From assembly GCA_964016885.1 (NCBI GenBank), contig OZ024743.1, positions 82,708,001 through 82,772,000 on the forward strand: a DNA stretch of 64,000 nucleotides, given 5' to 3'. Source of the DNA: Eledone cirrhosa (lineage: Eukaryota). Numbering within the stretch: the first letter of the stretch is position 1; each line of letters begins with the position of its first letter. The position numbers were made by a program, and so were the translations under genes. Under the pieces are notes generated by a model that was given only the letters and a program-made list of their open reading frames with translations, did no database searches and was not told the origin of the DNA. Positions 43,694 through 57,997 of this stretch are shown here, in pieces.

Positions 43694-43884
43694 ATCATCA
43701 TCATCATCATCATCATTTACGTCCGCTTTTCCCTGCTTGCAAGGGTGGGACAGGAACTGATTCTGGCTTGATTTCTACAGCTGGATGCCCTTCCTAACAC
43801 CAACCTCATTTACAGTGAGTGCTGGGTGCTTTTTTGCCGTGGCACCTCCACAACCACTTTGCAGTGGAATGATAGGGACCCCAG
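43694..43884 (-). mobile_element. SINE family 2, 3' half
   Basis: (CAT)n followed by the reverse complement of 29785-29955. Confidence 0.9.
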
Positions 43885-44454
43885 TCATACATACATATAC
43901 ATATAGCCATACACACACATATATCCATTCATACATACTTACGTACACAATAGAAGACAGAACTTATTTCTTGCACGCTATATACATATATACACATTAA
44001 GACCCCAGGTCAACCCCCACCCCTTCTTCTTCCTCTTCTGGTGCTCAGAGTGAAAGATATCAGCTTTATTGTGAGGGTGGGGATGGGGATGGTGGTGTGA
44101 TAAGGCTGCTAATGGTGGTGGTGAGAGGGTGAGATAGGTAGTGGTGGTAGGGTGTGGGTGAGATGGTTAGTGGTGGTGGTGGTGGTGTGAGGAGGGATAT
44201 GACTGATGGGTTTGCGGACACAACACTGCTGTTGCCTAGCAACCACCAACGTGACCTCCCCCCCCCCTAATACTACACAGACACACAGACAAACACACGT
44301 GTGTGATCTCACACAATGTCCACCAGCAACCACAGACACACACACACGTATATATATATGTAGCTCTACACCTATACATATGTATAGCTCTACACCTCAA
44401 CACAGAAGTGAACCTAAACATCGAGTGCTCACCCGGGTGAACCTGCAGTAACTG

Positions 44455-44548
<94 letters not shown>

Positions 44549-44550
<2 letters not shown>

Positions 44551-44678
44551 GAACTGTTTCATTCTCCCGAATGAAACAGTTCTAGTCCTGTAAAAGCCAT
44601 TTCTATATTAAATATTTATGCTCTGCTTTGTATTGAGTACCTTACTTACTGTGGTTACCTCCGATTGAACCCGGGATA

Positions 44679-44681
<3 letters not shown>
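44549..44681 (+). mobile_element. Family B pLTR relic with snap-back at stem II
   Basis: TAGAACTGTTTCATTC-TCCC-GAATGAAACAGTTCTA palindrome, then GTCCTGTA..TATTGAGTACCTTACTTAC..AACCCGGGATAAAC(TA)n. Confidence 0.7.
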
Positions 44682-44717
<36 letters not shown>

Positions 44718-45302
44718 CATGTATATATATATATATATATATGTGTGTATGTATACATACTCGGTCTATTTTTATGTTTAAATAAATTTTTCTGTCAGAA
44801 ATTTACATTTCCGTTTTTGTTGTTGTTTAACCCCAGGTCAGCTGTTCCAGTCATGACCATCCTGTAGTTCTCTACACCATTGTTAATCTAGGACTACATT
44901 ATTGTCTGGATCTCAACCATTTCATGGTAGTATGAGATTTGGCTACCATTTCTAGCAAGTCAAGTGTCTTCTGTTGACACATATCTGTGTTTACTTAGCA
45001 ATTACATCGACAAGATACCTCTTCATCTAACAATGTCCATAATGGTGAAACATGTGCCGAGTTATCTCCCTTCGCTGCTGGTGAGAAACTAACCAGAGTT
45101 ACTCAAGTTATTTTTTACACTGTATTTAATCCTACTTTAATCTTTTACATGTTGCCAGCATTAGACGTGCTTTCACATTTAACTATATACACTGATACAT
45201 ACACCTTAGTTTGACCCTGTCTTTAATAATCCTCTTATAGCTATTGGTATACTTTTGGTATACTAGGCACACATTCAAATGCACTCTCCTGCTCTCTCTC
45301 TC

Positions 45303-45377
<75 letters not shown>

Positions 45378-45384
45378 ATATGTA

Positions 45385-45583
45385 TAACAAAGGAAGTGTA
45401 GTAAGGAACCAGGTGGACCATAACGCACCAGAGTACTCGATACTTTGAGTAGTAGAGTGGGTAATAGGAAAAGAGTTAGAACCCTGACGGAAGAGCTCAA
45501 GCCGTTTCGACAGCTATTTCTGGACCTAGAAATAGCTGTCGAAACGGCTTGAATTCTGCCGTCGGGGTTCTGTCTATTTTCAT
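45385..45583 (-). mobile_element. Family A element with snap-back palindrome
   Basis: Tail at 45385-45465; palindrome centred on GACAGCTATTTCT-GGACCT-AGAAATAGCTGTC. Confidence 0.8.
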
Positions 45584-45977
45584 ATATATATATATCAAGT
45601 AAGAATATTTCGAAACAGCGAGCGGGTTTGAAATTATTATAAATGTAAGCTATCGCCGTATTTTGACTAAAGAAATTAAAGAAATTATTTAGCCTGATAG
45701 TGGGGTTAAGAACCCTCGGAGAAATGGAAAAAGATGAGTATTGACGTATATATATATATAGGTATAGTTAGAGAATGAAGAGTAACATGGTTGGCTGTAC
45801 AATATGGGCTTTATTTAAAGTACTGACAATTGTTTCGTTGATCAGGTGAGTCTAGAGTTCGCTAATCGCTTGAGGTTGTGTCATTCGATCTCCAATACAT
45901 TGTTTACGTTAAAACTATCCACAACACAGAGTACTCACAACCTCTAACTGGATTACCTATAAGGATAACTTGTTATC

Positions 45978-46036
<59 letters not shown>

Positions 46037-46060
46037 GGTACATATATATATATATATATA

Positions 46061-46139
<79 letters not shown>

Positions 46140-46198
46140 ATATATATTTATATATATATTTATATATACACACAGGTACATATATATATATATATATG

Positions 46199-46266
<68 letters not shown>

Positions 46267-46297
46267 TATGTGTATATATATATATATACACACACAC

Positions 46298-46350
<53 letters not shown>

Positions 46351-46407
46351 TAAATATATATATACACATACACACACACACAGAAAGAGAGAGGGAGAGT
46401 TAAAAAC

Positions 46408-46453
46408 GCTTCTATAGGACCAGACTGTTTCATTCATATGAAGTCATCAGAAC
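46408..46453 (-). ncRNA. Hammerhead core of family B type; stems I and III imperfect
   Basis: Reverse strand: CTGATGA-CTTCATATGAAT-GAAA-CAG-TCTGGTC-CTA-TA-GAAGC. Confidence 0.5.
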
Positions 46454-46651
46454 TCTAGCAACGTATTGAGTACATTTTAAACTATGGTCATTTCCCGATC
46501 CCCACCGGGATTCTACTCGTAATTTCACACACACACACATACACATTCATTCTTTCATAGATACGTACACCCGAATATATATATATATATATATATAAAT
46601 GGAAAATAATGAAACGAGATTTCATTTCCCACTCTTAGTCCGGCTGATACT

Positions 46652-47031
46652 TAAATATAAGTATGTATACGTACATACATATATGTGTACAGACGTACAG
46701 TAGTATGTATATATATACATACATGTACACATATATATATATATATATGTACGCATGGGTTTACCGAACATTTATTATAATGTTCGGTTTGTTTGTAAAC
46801 AAACAGCCCGAATTACGCCGTACAGTGTTCGGCAACCATCGTCGCTTTTTTGTTCAACACTGACACAGGAACGATGTACTAGTTTCAAGCTTATTAGCTA
46901 TCGTCAGCATCGTATACCTTTCTGTCAGATGATTGAATATGCATAAGGAAAGTATATACTTTCAGACGTTCAATCATCTGACAGAAAGGTATACATACTA
47001 CTGTACAATTATATGTATGTAGGTATAAATA

Positions 47032-47035
<4 letters not shown>
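46652..47035 (-). mobile_element. Family C element, copy 2, with nested inversions
   Basis: Homologous to 6303-6657. GTATACCTTTCTGTCAGATGATTGAA is inverted at 46969-46994, and the left terminus is inverted at ~46990-47035. Confidence 0.75.
46871..46913 (-). ncRNA. Type I hammerhead ribozyme (family C, GUA triplet)
   Basis: Reverse strand: ACGATG-CTGACGA-TAGCTAATAAGCTT-GAAA-CTAG-TA-CATCGT. Stem I extends via AGG/CCT and CTGACA/TGTCAG across internal loops. Confidence 0.8.
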
Positions 47036-47099
<64 letters not shown>

Positions 47100-47344
47100 G
47101 TGTGTGTGTGTGTATATATCGGTGTATATATGTCTGTAATATTAACCAGTTAAGAATCGTTTTTCTTGAAACCCTAAACAGATGTGGCTTTAACCGGCGG
47201 CTGCGTTTATTTACTCACCGTCATACCATGCTATGCCAAAAATGTAGAGGTACTTGGCTATTTTCTCCCGCCCCTCTTCCTCCTACTTATCCCTCATCTC
47301 GTTTCTGAATACTTCTGCTAGCAAATATTACAGTTGTTTATTTA

Positions 47345-47590
47345 TTTATTCTTTTACTACTATTCTCCCAATATTTGCATGGGTTTGACGTGTCCTGGAG
47401 CTTATCCATGTTTAACGGGAGTTTAGTCACCTCGGACACTCGACTCTTTCCTACTACTCAATGTGACGGAACCTCATTTTATCTCCAGCTGTGTGTAATG
47501 GGGCAACATGAAATAAAGGGACTTGCTCAAGGACACAGTGTGTCACATGGTCTGGGAATTGAACCAATGACATTATGGCTATAAAACTCC
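47345..47590 (-). mobile_element. Old SINE family 2-like copy
   Basis: GAAATAAAGGGACTTGCTCAAGGACAC..GGGAATTGAACC. Confidence 0.6.
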
Positions 47591-47793
47591 TCACAAACCT
47601 TCACTCATAGCAAATGTACAACTTTCTAAGATATTATATAGCAATGGTAGAATCACACATTATATATACACACACATACATCTGTAATTTACCTTACACT
47701 CACACACACACACATATATATATATATGTACACATACACATTTACATCTGTAGTTCATCTTACACACACACACACACATACACCTGCAGCTCA

Positions 47794-47848
<55 letters not shown>

Positions 47849-47999
47849 GCATTTCTTTTTTCAATCTATGTTGTACTCTTTGATCTGATATGTGGGAACT
47901 GAATCGAGATGGAACGTTAGAATAGGATATATATATATATTATACATATACATGTATATATATATTATATATATATATATGTATGTATATATATGTGTA

Positions 48000-48076
<77 letters not shown>

Positions 48077-48314
48077 TCATAGCTACAAAAACAATGATAG
48101 AGAAGATATATGGTGTGAGAGGGAGATAGAGAATTATTATAGATAGAGAGTGATATAATCAAGAGATTATATAGTAAGAGAGAGAGGGGGAGCTGTAGTA
48201 CATTAGCAAGATGAATCAGTAGATCATCCATAGCCCGGGGATATAACAGCTGCAGTCAGTTTAGAATAATTGCATGTGTCATGGTTAGTTTTAAAATGAA
48301 CGAAGCCTTGTCCT

Positions 48315-48345
48315 GTGTCTTATATGTGTGTGTGTCTGAGTGTGT

Positions 48346-48380
<35 letters not shown>

Positions 48381-48577
48381 CTGAGTGTGTTATATATATG
48401 TGTGTGTGTCTGGGTGTGTTATATATATATGTGTGTGTGTGTGTCTGAGTGTGTTATATATATGTGTGTGTGTCGTGTACATGTGTGTGTCTGTGTGTGT
48501 TATATATATATGTGTGTGTGTCTGAGTGTGTTATATATATGTGTGTGTGTCGTGTACATGTGTGTGTCTGGGTGTGT

Positions 48578-48608
<31 letters not shown>

Positions 48609-48888
48609 CTGAGTGTGTTATATATATGTGTGTGTGTCTGGGTGTGTTATATATATATGTGTGTGTGTGTGTGTCTGAGTGTGTTATATATATGTGTGTG
48701 TGTCGTGTACATGTGTGTGTCTGAGTGTGTTATATATATATATATGTGTGTGTGTGTCTGAGTGTGTTATATATATGTGTGTGTGTCGTGTACATGTGTG
48801 TGTCTGAGTGTGTTATATATATATGTGTGTGTGTGTCTGAGTGTGTTATATATGTGTGTGTGTCGTGTACATGTGTGTGTCTGGGTGT

Positions 48889-48919
<31 letters not shown>

Positions 48920-49414
48920 CTGAGTGTGTTATATATATGTGTGTGTGTCTGGGTGTGTTATATATATATGTGTGTGTGTGTGTCTGAGTGTGTTATATAT
49001 ATGTGTGTGTGTCTGAGTGTGTTATATATATATATATGTGTGTGTGTGTCTGAGTGTGTTATATATATGTGTGTGTGTCGTGTACATGTGTGTGTCTGAG
49101 TGTGTTATATATATGTGTGTGTGTGTCTGAGTGTGTTATATATGTGTGTGTGTCGTGTACATGTGTGTGTTATATATATATATATATGTGTGTGTGTCTG
49201 AGTGTGTTATATATGTGTGTGTGTGTGTCGTGTACATGTGTGTGTCTGGGTGTGTTATATATATATGTGTGTGTGTGTGTCTGAGTGTGTTATATATATG
49301 TGTGTGTGTGTCGTGTACATGTGTGTGTCTGAGTGTGTTATATATATATGTGTGTGTGTCTGAGTGTATTATATATATGTGTGTGTGTCGTGTACATGTA
49401 TGTGTCTGAGTGTG

Positions 49415-49468
<54 letters not shown>

Positions 49469-49804
49469 CTGAGTGTGTTATATATATGTGTGTGTGTCGT
49501 GTACATGTGTGTGTCTGAGTGTGTTATATATATATGTGTGTGTGTGTGTCTGAGTGTGTTATATATATGTGTGTGTGTCGTGTACATGTGTGTGTCTGAG
49601 TGTGTTATATATATATATATATTTGTGTGTGTCTGAGTGTGTTATATATATGTGTGTGTGTCGTATACATGTGTGTGTCTGAGTGTGTTATATATATATA
49701 TGTGTGTGTGTCTGAGTGTATTATATATATGTGTGTGTGTCGTGTACATGTGGTGTGTGTCTGAGTGTGTTATATATATATATGTGTGTGTGTGTGTCTG
49801 AGTG

Positions 49805-49842
<38 letters not shown>

Positions 49843-50675
49843 CTGAGTGTTATATATATATGTGTGTGTGTGTCTGAGTGTTATATATATGGATGTGTCT
49901 GAGTGTTATATATATATGTGTGTGTGTCTGAGTGTGTTATATATATATGTGTATGTGTCTGAGTGTGTTATATATATATGTGTGTCGTGTACATGTATGT
50001 GTCTGAGTATATTTTATATATATGTGTGTGTGTGTCTGAGTGTGTTATATATATATGTGTGTGTGTCTGAGTGTGTTATATATATATATGTGTATGTGTC
50101 TGAGTGTGTTATATATATATGTGTGTCGTGTACATGTATGTGTCTGAGTATATTTTATATATATGTGTGTGTGTGTCTGAGTGTGTTATATATATATGTG
50201 TGTGTGTCTGAGTGTGTTATATATATATGAGTGTCGTGTACATGTGTGTGTGTCTTAGTGTTATATATATATATATATGTGAGTGTCTGAATGTTATATA
50301 TATATATATATATGTGTGTGTCTGAGTGTTATATATATATATGTGTGTCGGAGTGTTATATATATATATATAAATGTGTCTGTGTGTTATATATATGTGT
50401 GTGTGTCTGAGTGTGTTATATATATGTGTCTGAGTGTTATATATATATATATGTGAGTGTCGTGTACATGTGTGTGTCTGAGTGTGTTATATATATATAT
50501 ATTTGTATTTGTGTGAGTGTGTTATATATATATGTGTGTGTCTGAGTGTGTTATATATATATGTGTGTGTGTGTGTGTCTGAGTGTGATATATATATGTG
50601 TGTGTCTGAGTGTGTTATATATATATGTGAGTGCCGTGTGCATGTGTTTGTCTGAGTGTGTTATATATATGTGTG
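48315..50675. repeat. 2.3-kb composite microsatellite array
   Basis: CTGAGTGTGT-(TA)n-(TG)n units with interspersed CGTGTACAT. Confidence 0.95.
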
Positions 50676-50740
50676 CGCGTCTGTTTTATATAGTAAAATG
50701 TATACTGCACACACACACACACACGCAACACACACATATA

Positions 50741-50822
<82 letters not shown>

Positions 50823-50934
50823 ACATTTCTCAAAATATATTTACACTCTGTTTGCTCATATTGAGTGCTCATTCGTTTGCTTGAATGATTATTTAAGTAC
50901 ACCCGCATCCGTGTATACACTCTCACACTCACAC

Positions 50935-50972
<38 letters not shown>

Positions 50973-52679
50973 GGGGGGGGGGTATGCATGTTATTGTATG
51001 TGGATCTGTGTGTTGAGAGTTATATGTGTACACGTCTATATGTTCTGTATGTATGTGTTTATGTTATTACAAGTAGAATATTGGGAATGTTTCACATATT
51101 TTTACAGTATGTATGTATATATGTGTATCTATGTGTGTATGTATGTATATGTGTGTGTATGTATGTATGATATATATCTGTATGTATGTACATGTGTATC
51201 TATGTGTGTATGTATGTATATGTGCATCTGTATATATGTATGTATGTTTGTATAAATATATGTATGTGGGTATTTGTGTATATACGTATCTATATACGTA
51301 TTTATATATGTGTGTATATATGTATGTGGGTATGTATGTATATATGTATGTATATATGTATGTATATGTGTGTTAAGTGGTTGTGTAGACAAGGGAAGGA
51401 CGTGTAGTAGGATTAAAAATTTAAGAATATGTTTTACATATTGTAAAGACTTCGTCCGCCATAACTTCCATATCCGGGGTATAAGCCTCTAAGATGGAAC
51501 AGAATCACCTACAGTAACCCCTCGCTCCTCACCTCACCTGTCTATGTACTAGTGTGTCTATATATATCTTAGTACGTGTGAATATCCTAGTGTATATATA
51601 TATATATATATATTACTACATGCGTATATATGCCTGACGTAGACGTAGACGTGAAAAAATAAGTACTAGGGGCGTTATAAGGGAGAGAGGCAGACAGAGA
51701 AACAGCGAGAGTGAGTGGGAGACAGAGAAAAAGAGAGAGTGAGTGGGAGATAGAGAAAAAGAGAGAGAGTGAGTGAGAGACAGAAAGAGAGAGAGAGAGT
51801 GAGTGAGTGAGAGAGAGACAGAAAGGCCATGTATTACGACGGCTGCAGCCTGGTGACACACGTCGCCCGCGTACCAGTAATTGGCCCGGGTGGGTTGTTA
51901 CTATGCTGTGAGTGCTTGGATATGCTTTTGAAGCTTAAGTACTGAAAAATGAGCAATGGGGTGAACATGATGGGCTAAATTAAGGGCAATGTCTCAGTAT
52001 GACCACTATCTAATGACTGAAGCAAGTGAAGGTATTTAAAATAATTAAAATAATGGTTTCTTATATAGGCACAAGGCCAGCAATTTTGCGGGGAGGATAA
52101 GTCGATTAAATCGACCCCAGTGCATTACTGGTACTTTATTTTATCGACCCTGTAATGATGAAAGGCAAAGCTGACCTCGGTGTGATTTGAACTCAGAACG
52201 TAAAGGGCCATAACTCTATGCTGCAAACATGTCCGACGCTCTACTGATACTGCCAATCCACTGCCTTTATATAAATATTAATAATAATAATTAGACAACG
52301 AAGGTGGACTAATTTAGAAGAACAGTAGAGTGTAGCACGTGACAAATTATTTGAATAAATAAAGTGATAAATGTTTAAGTGGGAAGAAGGAAACACTCTT
52401 TCCTCCGGGAAGAAGTTAATGACTTCTTCATTCACATATCAATGTTTGACAGAGGAAGTAACTGTATTAATTTGTAATGTGTATGAACACACACACACAC
52501 ACATATATATATATTGACAGTATGGTAGCTTATTGCAAGCTGCTACAACGCAGATTTAACTATTAAACAGTCTGCCATATTTTACAACCCAATGCTAAAA
52601 GACACAAATACTTGCACAAGGTGTCGAACTCGAAACTGCATCGTTGCAAATATATTTGAAAAATGTTCCACATACAGCT

Positions 52680-52744
<65 letters not shown>

Positions 52745-53694
52745 CAAACAATAGTTATTTCTTTTTAATATTCTGTTATTTGCGGTTGCTGTTGCACTAA
52801 TTCTCCTGCAAGTCGTATTAGCAGCCTTTAAAATACAGAAGAGAGATAGCGCGGCCATCTTGGCTGCTTCGTTAAGACGAGGCAATACAGAATAGTAACT
52901 CTTTTGAGATAGAGATAGAGAGAGAGTCGCTCTCGCTATATAATCACGAGAATGCCAGAAAACCCATTGATTTATTCTATACAAAGTCTTTCTTTAAACA
53001 TTGATGGATCGAGCTGCTATTGTTCTTGAAAACAAGCGCGGATAATTTATTAGCCAAGTGATATTGAAAATATAACCAGTGTATCTCAAACTCCTTGTTT
53101 CCTGTTTTCGCTGCCAGCAAATATCTTTCTGTTTCGAAACAAAATATAATAATGAAACTTTTATCCTTTGTATTATTATCTGAAGAAAATCTATAAGGAT
53201 TTTAATATAATTCATTTTTTTGTCTTCTTCATCATCATCGCCATCGTCTTAATAATCATCATCATGAATATCATCTTCCTGTTCGTCTTGTTGTTTCAAA
53301 TCCCGCTGAGGTTTGCTTTGCCTTTCATCCTTACGGGGGTCGATAAAATAAAAGCACCAGTACTGCACTGGGGTCGATTAAATCGACTTTCCCCTCCCAC
53401 AAAATTGCTGGACTTGTGCTTATAGTAGAAATTAATATTATTCTTTGCTCCTGTTTCATATAATCCACTATTAAAATATATTGATCTTTCTACCAGTTTA
53501 CTAGTAGCAGATGGTGTTTCTTTCTTCCTCAGCTCCGTCTTTAGCGAATTGGAACAAGTTTTTAAAATATGAAAATTCAGCACACACCCTCCCCAAAACG
53601 AAAGAAACTAAAATCGATAACTTCCTTATCTTTCTTTCCTACAGTGGGATAATTTAATCTGAAATAATTTAAACTTTAGTCTTAAAACAGTTCA

Positions 53695-54445
53695 TGGCAG
53701 TAGATAGAACTAGAGAGGTTTTAACTATAGTCGTAGGTAGAACTATGGTGGTAGATAGAACTAGAGAGGTTTTAACTATAGTCGTAGGTAGAACTATAGT
53801 GGTAGATAGAACTAGAGAGGTTTTAACTATAGTGGTAGGTAGAACTACAGAGGTCTTAACTATAGTGGTAGGTAGAATTACAGAGGTCTTAACTATAGTG
53901 GTAGATAGAACTACAGAGGTCTTAACTATAGTGGTAGGTAGAACTACAGAGGTCTTAACTATTGTGGTAGGTAGAACTACAGAGGTCTTAACTATAGTGG
54001 TAGGTAGAACTACAGAGGTCTTAACTATTGTGGTAGGTAGAACTACAGAGGTCTTAACTATTGTGGTAGGTAGAACTACAGAGGTCTTAACTATAGTGGT
54101 AGGTAGAACTACAGAGGTCTTAACTATTGTGGTAGGTAGAACTACAGAGGTCTTAACTATAGTGGTAGGTAGAACTACAGAGGTCTTAACTATTGTGGTA
54201 GGTAGAACTACAGAGGTCTTAACTATAGTGGTAGGTAGAACTACAGAGGTCTTAACTATAGTGGTAGGTAGAACTACAGAGGTCTTAACTATAGTGGTAG
54301 GTAGAATTACAGAGGTCTTAACTATAGTGGTAGGTAGAACTACAGAGGTCTTAACTATAGTGGTAGGTAGAACTACAGAGGTCTTAACTATAGTGGTAGG
54401 TAGAACTACAGAGGTCTTAACTATAGTGGTAGGTAGAACTTGAGA
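53695..54445. repeat. 33-bp minisatellite
   Basis: GTGGTAGGTAGAACTACAGAGGTCTTAACTAT(A/T), about 19 copies, preceded by 3 longer variant units. Confidence 0.95.
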
Positions 54446-54556
54446 GGTTTTAACTAAACAAATCCGATAACTAATTCTACAACAGAAGTGTGTAAATACC
54501 TTATATACACCTTATATGTTTCGGTTTATGTGTCAGTGCGGATATATATATATATA

Positions 54557-54625
54557 TCTACTACCCTAAGTATTGAGTACTTTGGTGCGTTATGGTCCAT
54601 CTGGTTCCTTACCACATTTCCTTCG

Positions 54626-54628
<3 letters not shown>
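54557..54628 (+). mobile_element. Family A 3' tail only
   Basis: TCTACTACCCTAAGTATTGAGTACTTTGGTGCGTTATGGTCC..TTCCTTCGTTA within (TA)n. Confidence 0.8.
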
Positions 54629-54683
<55 letters not shown>

Positions 54684-54687
<4 letters not shown>

Positions 54688-54943
54688 AATAATGGTAGTT
54701 AAGGCGGGATCAGATCACCATAATTGTTTATTGCATTATATATATTTCTGTTATATGGTTATTCATGTGACTTCGTCAGATGCTTACGCAGTCATTGATG
54801 TAGTTATGCAATCATTGTGATATGCCGGTGGTCATGCACGTTCATCCAGTAGTGAAGTGCATGAATAACCATGTAACTGAAATATATATAATGCAATAAA
54901 CAATTATGGTGATTTAATCCCAACTTAACTACCATTATTTGAT
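54684..54943. mobile_element. Family H inverted pLTR-like pair
   Basis: Arms of ~84 bp (54684-54767 and 54860-54943); the left arm extends into a complete hammerhead, the right has only its 3' half. Confidence 0.75.
54733..54783 (-). ncRNA. Type I hammerhead ribozyme (family H), stem II partly decayed
   Basis: Reverse strand: GCAT-CTGACGA-AGTCACATG-AATAAC-CATATAACA-GAAA-TATAT-ATA-ATGC-AATAAA. The sister arm has CATGTAACT, which restores most stem II pairing. Confidence 0.7.
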
Positions 54944-55090
54944 CGACCCCGTAAGGCTGAATGGCAAAGTTAAACTCGGCAAATCTCGCCGAGGTTAACT
55001 TTGCCTTTCATCCTTACGGGGTCGATAAAATAAAGTACCAGTAATACACTGAGTAATTGCTGGCCTTGTGCCAAAATTAGAAACAGTTAT
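54942..55090. mobile_element. SINE family 1 fragment with an inverted duplicate of its core
   Basis: ATCGACCCCGTAAGG..GGCAAAGTTAAACTCGGC faces GCCGAGGTTAACTTTGCC..CCTTACGGGGTCGAT. Confidence 0.75.
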
Positions 55091-56367
55091 TTGGTAACTG
55101 AATACTCCGTCACTCGTTATCACCTACCTGGCATAAACTACTGACGTGTAGAGCTTTGGATCGCTAGTACCTACTTATCATCAGGAGTTACTACATAACT
55201 AAAATAAACAACACTCTTGTACAACTTGTGTGTGTGTGTGTGTGTGTGTGTGATGGTTGTTGGACTAATTCTTTAAAATACTGATGAGATAGAGCTGCCA
55301 CTTGTGATCTTATTAGTTCTTAAAGGAGGAACTGACTACATATAATAGAGTAAATTTATTGATTGTTTTACAACACAGCCGCGATATTTCAGCAGAGCAT
55401 GTGATCATGGTATATTTATAGACCCCCCCCCTCCCATTCGATTTCAATGGGGAAAAAATTGTTTTCCCCGTTTTTTTCGTAAGCTGCAAACTAATCTAAC
55501 CTCCAAGATTCTACCAATGGACTGAGGTGTGGGGAGAGGTGGGGGTGGTTCCCTCTCCTCTGTGTTTTCGCTACAATTGTTTTTTCGCATGTTATCAATG
55601 ACTAGGACATCCAAACCAGTCGGAAACGACTAGATTTGTAGAAATGTAGTTTAAAAGGAGACGAAAAGACCATAGGTGTGAAATAATTATGTTTCTTTGG
55701 TTTTATGGACCTCTTGGATGCTTGAAATCATACTTTTCCCCGGAAAACGGGAAACCCTAACCCTAAAACTAACTTTTAAATAATCCGGGGTAAAAAAAAA
55801 AACATCCATTGCAAGCATCTTGGATGTTAGAATAGTTGAGAGCACACGAAAAAAAGAAAATAAAAATAAAGGAAAAACTTTTTTTTCCACTGAAACCGAG
55901 TGGGATGTTATATCTATAGTAATACCTGGCTGAGTTCCAGAGATTAACACAGACCCCAGTTGTCGACCGGTACTTTATTCTTTCAACCCAAGTCAAACCA
56001 AATATACGACCATTCAATTTATGAAAACGGTGACAACTTCAAAGTCACGATCAAACATTTCCTTGTAAAATAATTGTTTCTATTTTAGGCACAATGCCAG
56101 AAAATACCCAGTACATTACTGGTACTTTATTTTATCGACCCCGTAAGGATGAAAGGCAAGGTTAACCTCGGCGGGATTTGAACTCAGATCATAAAGGGAT
56201 GTAACTCTATGCTTCAAAGCATGGTGTCCGACTCTCTACCGATACTGCCAATCCACCGCTTTTTTTCCTTGTAAAATAATGTCTGTAATACCCGACTTAC
56301 GATAGAAAATAATACTGGTTTAATCTTGATATGATATGTGTGTTTGTGGTTTAAATTCTGCAGTGCA

Positions 56368-56451
<84 letters not shown>

Positions 56452-56990
56452 TGTGAGTGTGAGTGTGAGTGAGTGAGTGAGTGTCAACCTACACAGTCGC
56501 TACCACACAGGTACTGCCTGACAAGAGAAGTCCCAATAATTCTAAATGTAGATACAATAAATAAAAGATGGGGATTAAGGGAAGGAACTCGTGATCCCAT
56601 TACTAACGGAGTTACCTCCCACTCTATTTCCCAGGCAATTATTATCAATTATTAGTCACAAAGATAAACATTTGTACATGTGAAGTAAAGATATTCGCCA
56701 GCCTCTTGTCTGTGTGGTAATAAAACAATTTAATAAAAGAAATTCAATAAAATATAGAAACATCCTTAAACATTGAAAACACAACCACGTTTATATTTGT
56801 ATATATTATGTGTTTGTGTTTTCGTTCTGTAAGAATTATATTATATTTTCAAATAACTGAGAATAAAGGGGTTCTTGCAGTCCCGTTCTTCTTTCTTCTT
56901 TTATTTTTTTTTGTAAGCGATTTGAAAATATTCAACTACATTTAGAAAAAAAATTACAAAAAATTCATAAACAAAACATGAAGTAATTTA

Positions 56991-57060
<70 letters not shown>

Positions 57061-57149
57061 CCCCACCCCCCTCTCTCTCTCTCCCCCCTCTCTCTTTCTC
57101 CCCCCTCTCTCTTTCTCCCCCTCCCCATATATATGTCGTTTTCACCATT

Positions 57150-57430
57150 TAACCTCTACTCTTGGTGGGGGTGGGATAATTTTTCCAGTTTGTCCCGTTG
57201 ATTTCTTTAAAAACCAGAATTAGACGTTTAGTTTGCATATTGAGACCCTGCCCCATCCTGTTTATTTTATCACATATATGGTTTTTAATAAGTCTACTTT
57301 TTTTGTCATGCATGTTTTTTAATGTATAAATGAAATTAATTATCGAAGGAATGCTATCAATTTTACCGGAGATGTAAAATTTAATAAATTGGGGGTGGGG
57401 GTCTAGAAAATTAATAAGTGGGTTGGGCAC
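57150..57430. mobile_element. Degenerate copy of the 58134-58444 MITE
   Basis: Shared TTTAAAAACCAGAATTAG.CGTTTAGTTT.CATATTGAGACCC and AAAATTAATAAGTGGG. Confidence 0.7.
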
Positions 57431-57775
57431 CCGTCAGTATTTCTCATTATTATTCCCACCAGTTGTCACGTGATGCGGCCAGACAGATCAGCTGACCACG
57501 TCTTGCCACTACTTTCTGTTTATCTTTTATGGTGGTTTAGTTTCTGCGGCTTGTTGCCCTTATAACGCCAACCACTTTACAAGCATGTACTGGGAGCCTC
57601 GATAAAATAAAGTACCAGCAATACACTGGGATAATTGCTGGCCTTGTGCCAAAAGTAGAAACAATTATGATGACAATACTATCACAAACACACACACGTG
57701 TATCTGTGTAGAATCGAAATCAGCGTTGCAGCACATGTAGTTGTACACTTAACTCACACACACACACACACGCGC

Positions 57776-57880
<105 letters not shown>

Positions 57881-57997
57881 CCAGTCAACCATTCCTATTG
57901 TTTTGTCTTCTATTTGATAAACCTGTAATATCCAAATGTTGGATGAAGTTTTGTCGTGACGACCAACTAAAGATTCTTTCTCTTCTTCTCATATTAG

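Noticed and set aside
44999-45080. Possible 82-nt exon (AG|CAA..GCTG|GTGAGA) ending in phase 1
   Set aside because: Weak acceptor, unremarkable peptide, and it directly follows repeat-like sequence; unsupported without RNA data.
53694-54443. 249-aa repeat ORF; possible CRISPR-like array or rDNA/homing-site resemblance (TAACTAT)
   Set aside because: Head-to-tail 33-bp minisatellite with no unique spacers; the match to rDNA target sites is only 7 nt.
55140-55320. CTGATGA motifs at ~55172 (-) and ~55281 (+)
   Set aside because: No matching GAAA, stem III or stem I. The same applies to isolated CTGANGA hits near 2990, 11634, 21232, 21901, 30294 and 32704.
55752-55767. AACCCTAACCCTAA telomere-like motif
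   Set aside because: Only about two units, probably inside a degenerate transposon; not a telomeric array.
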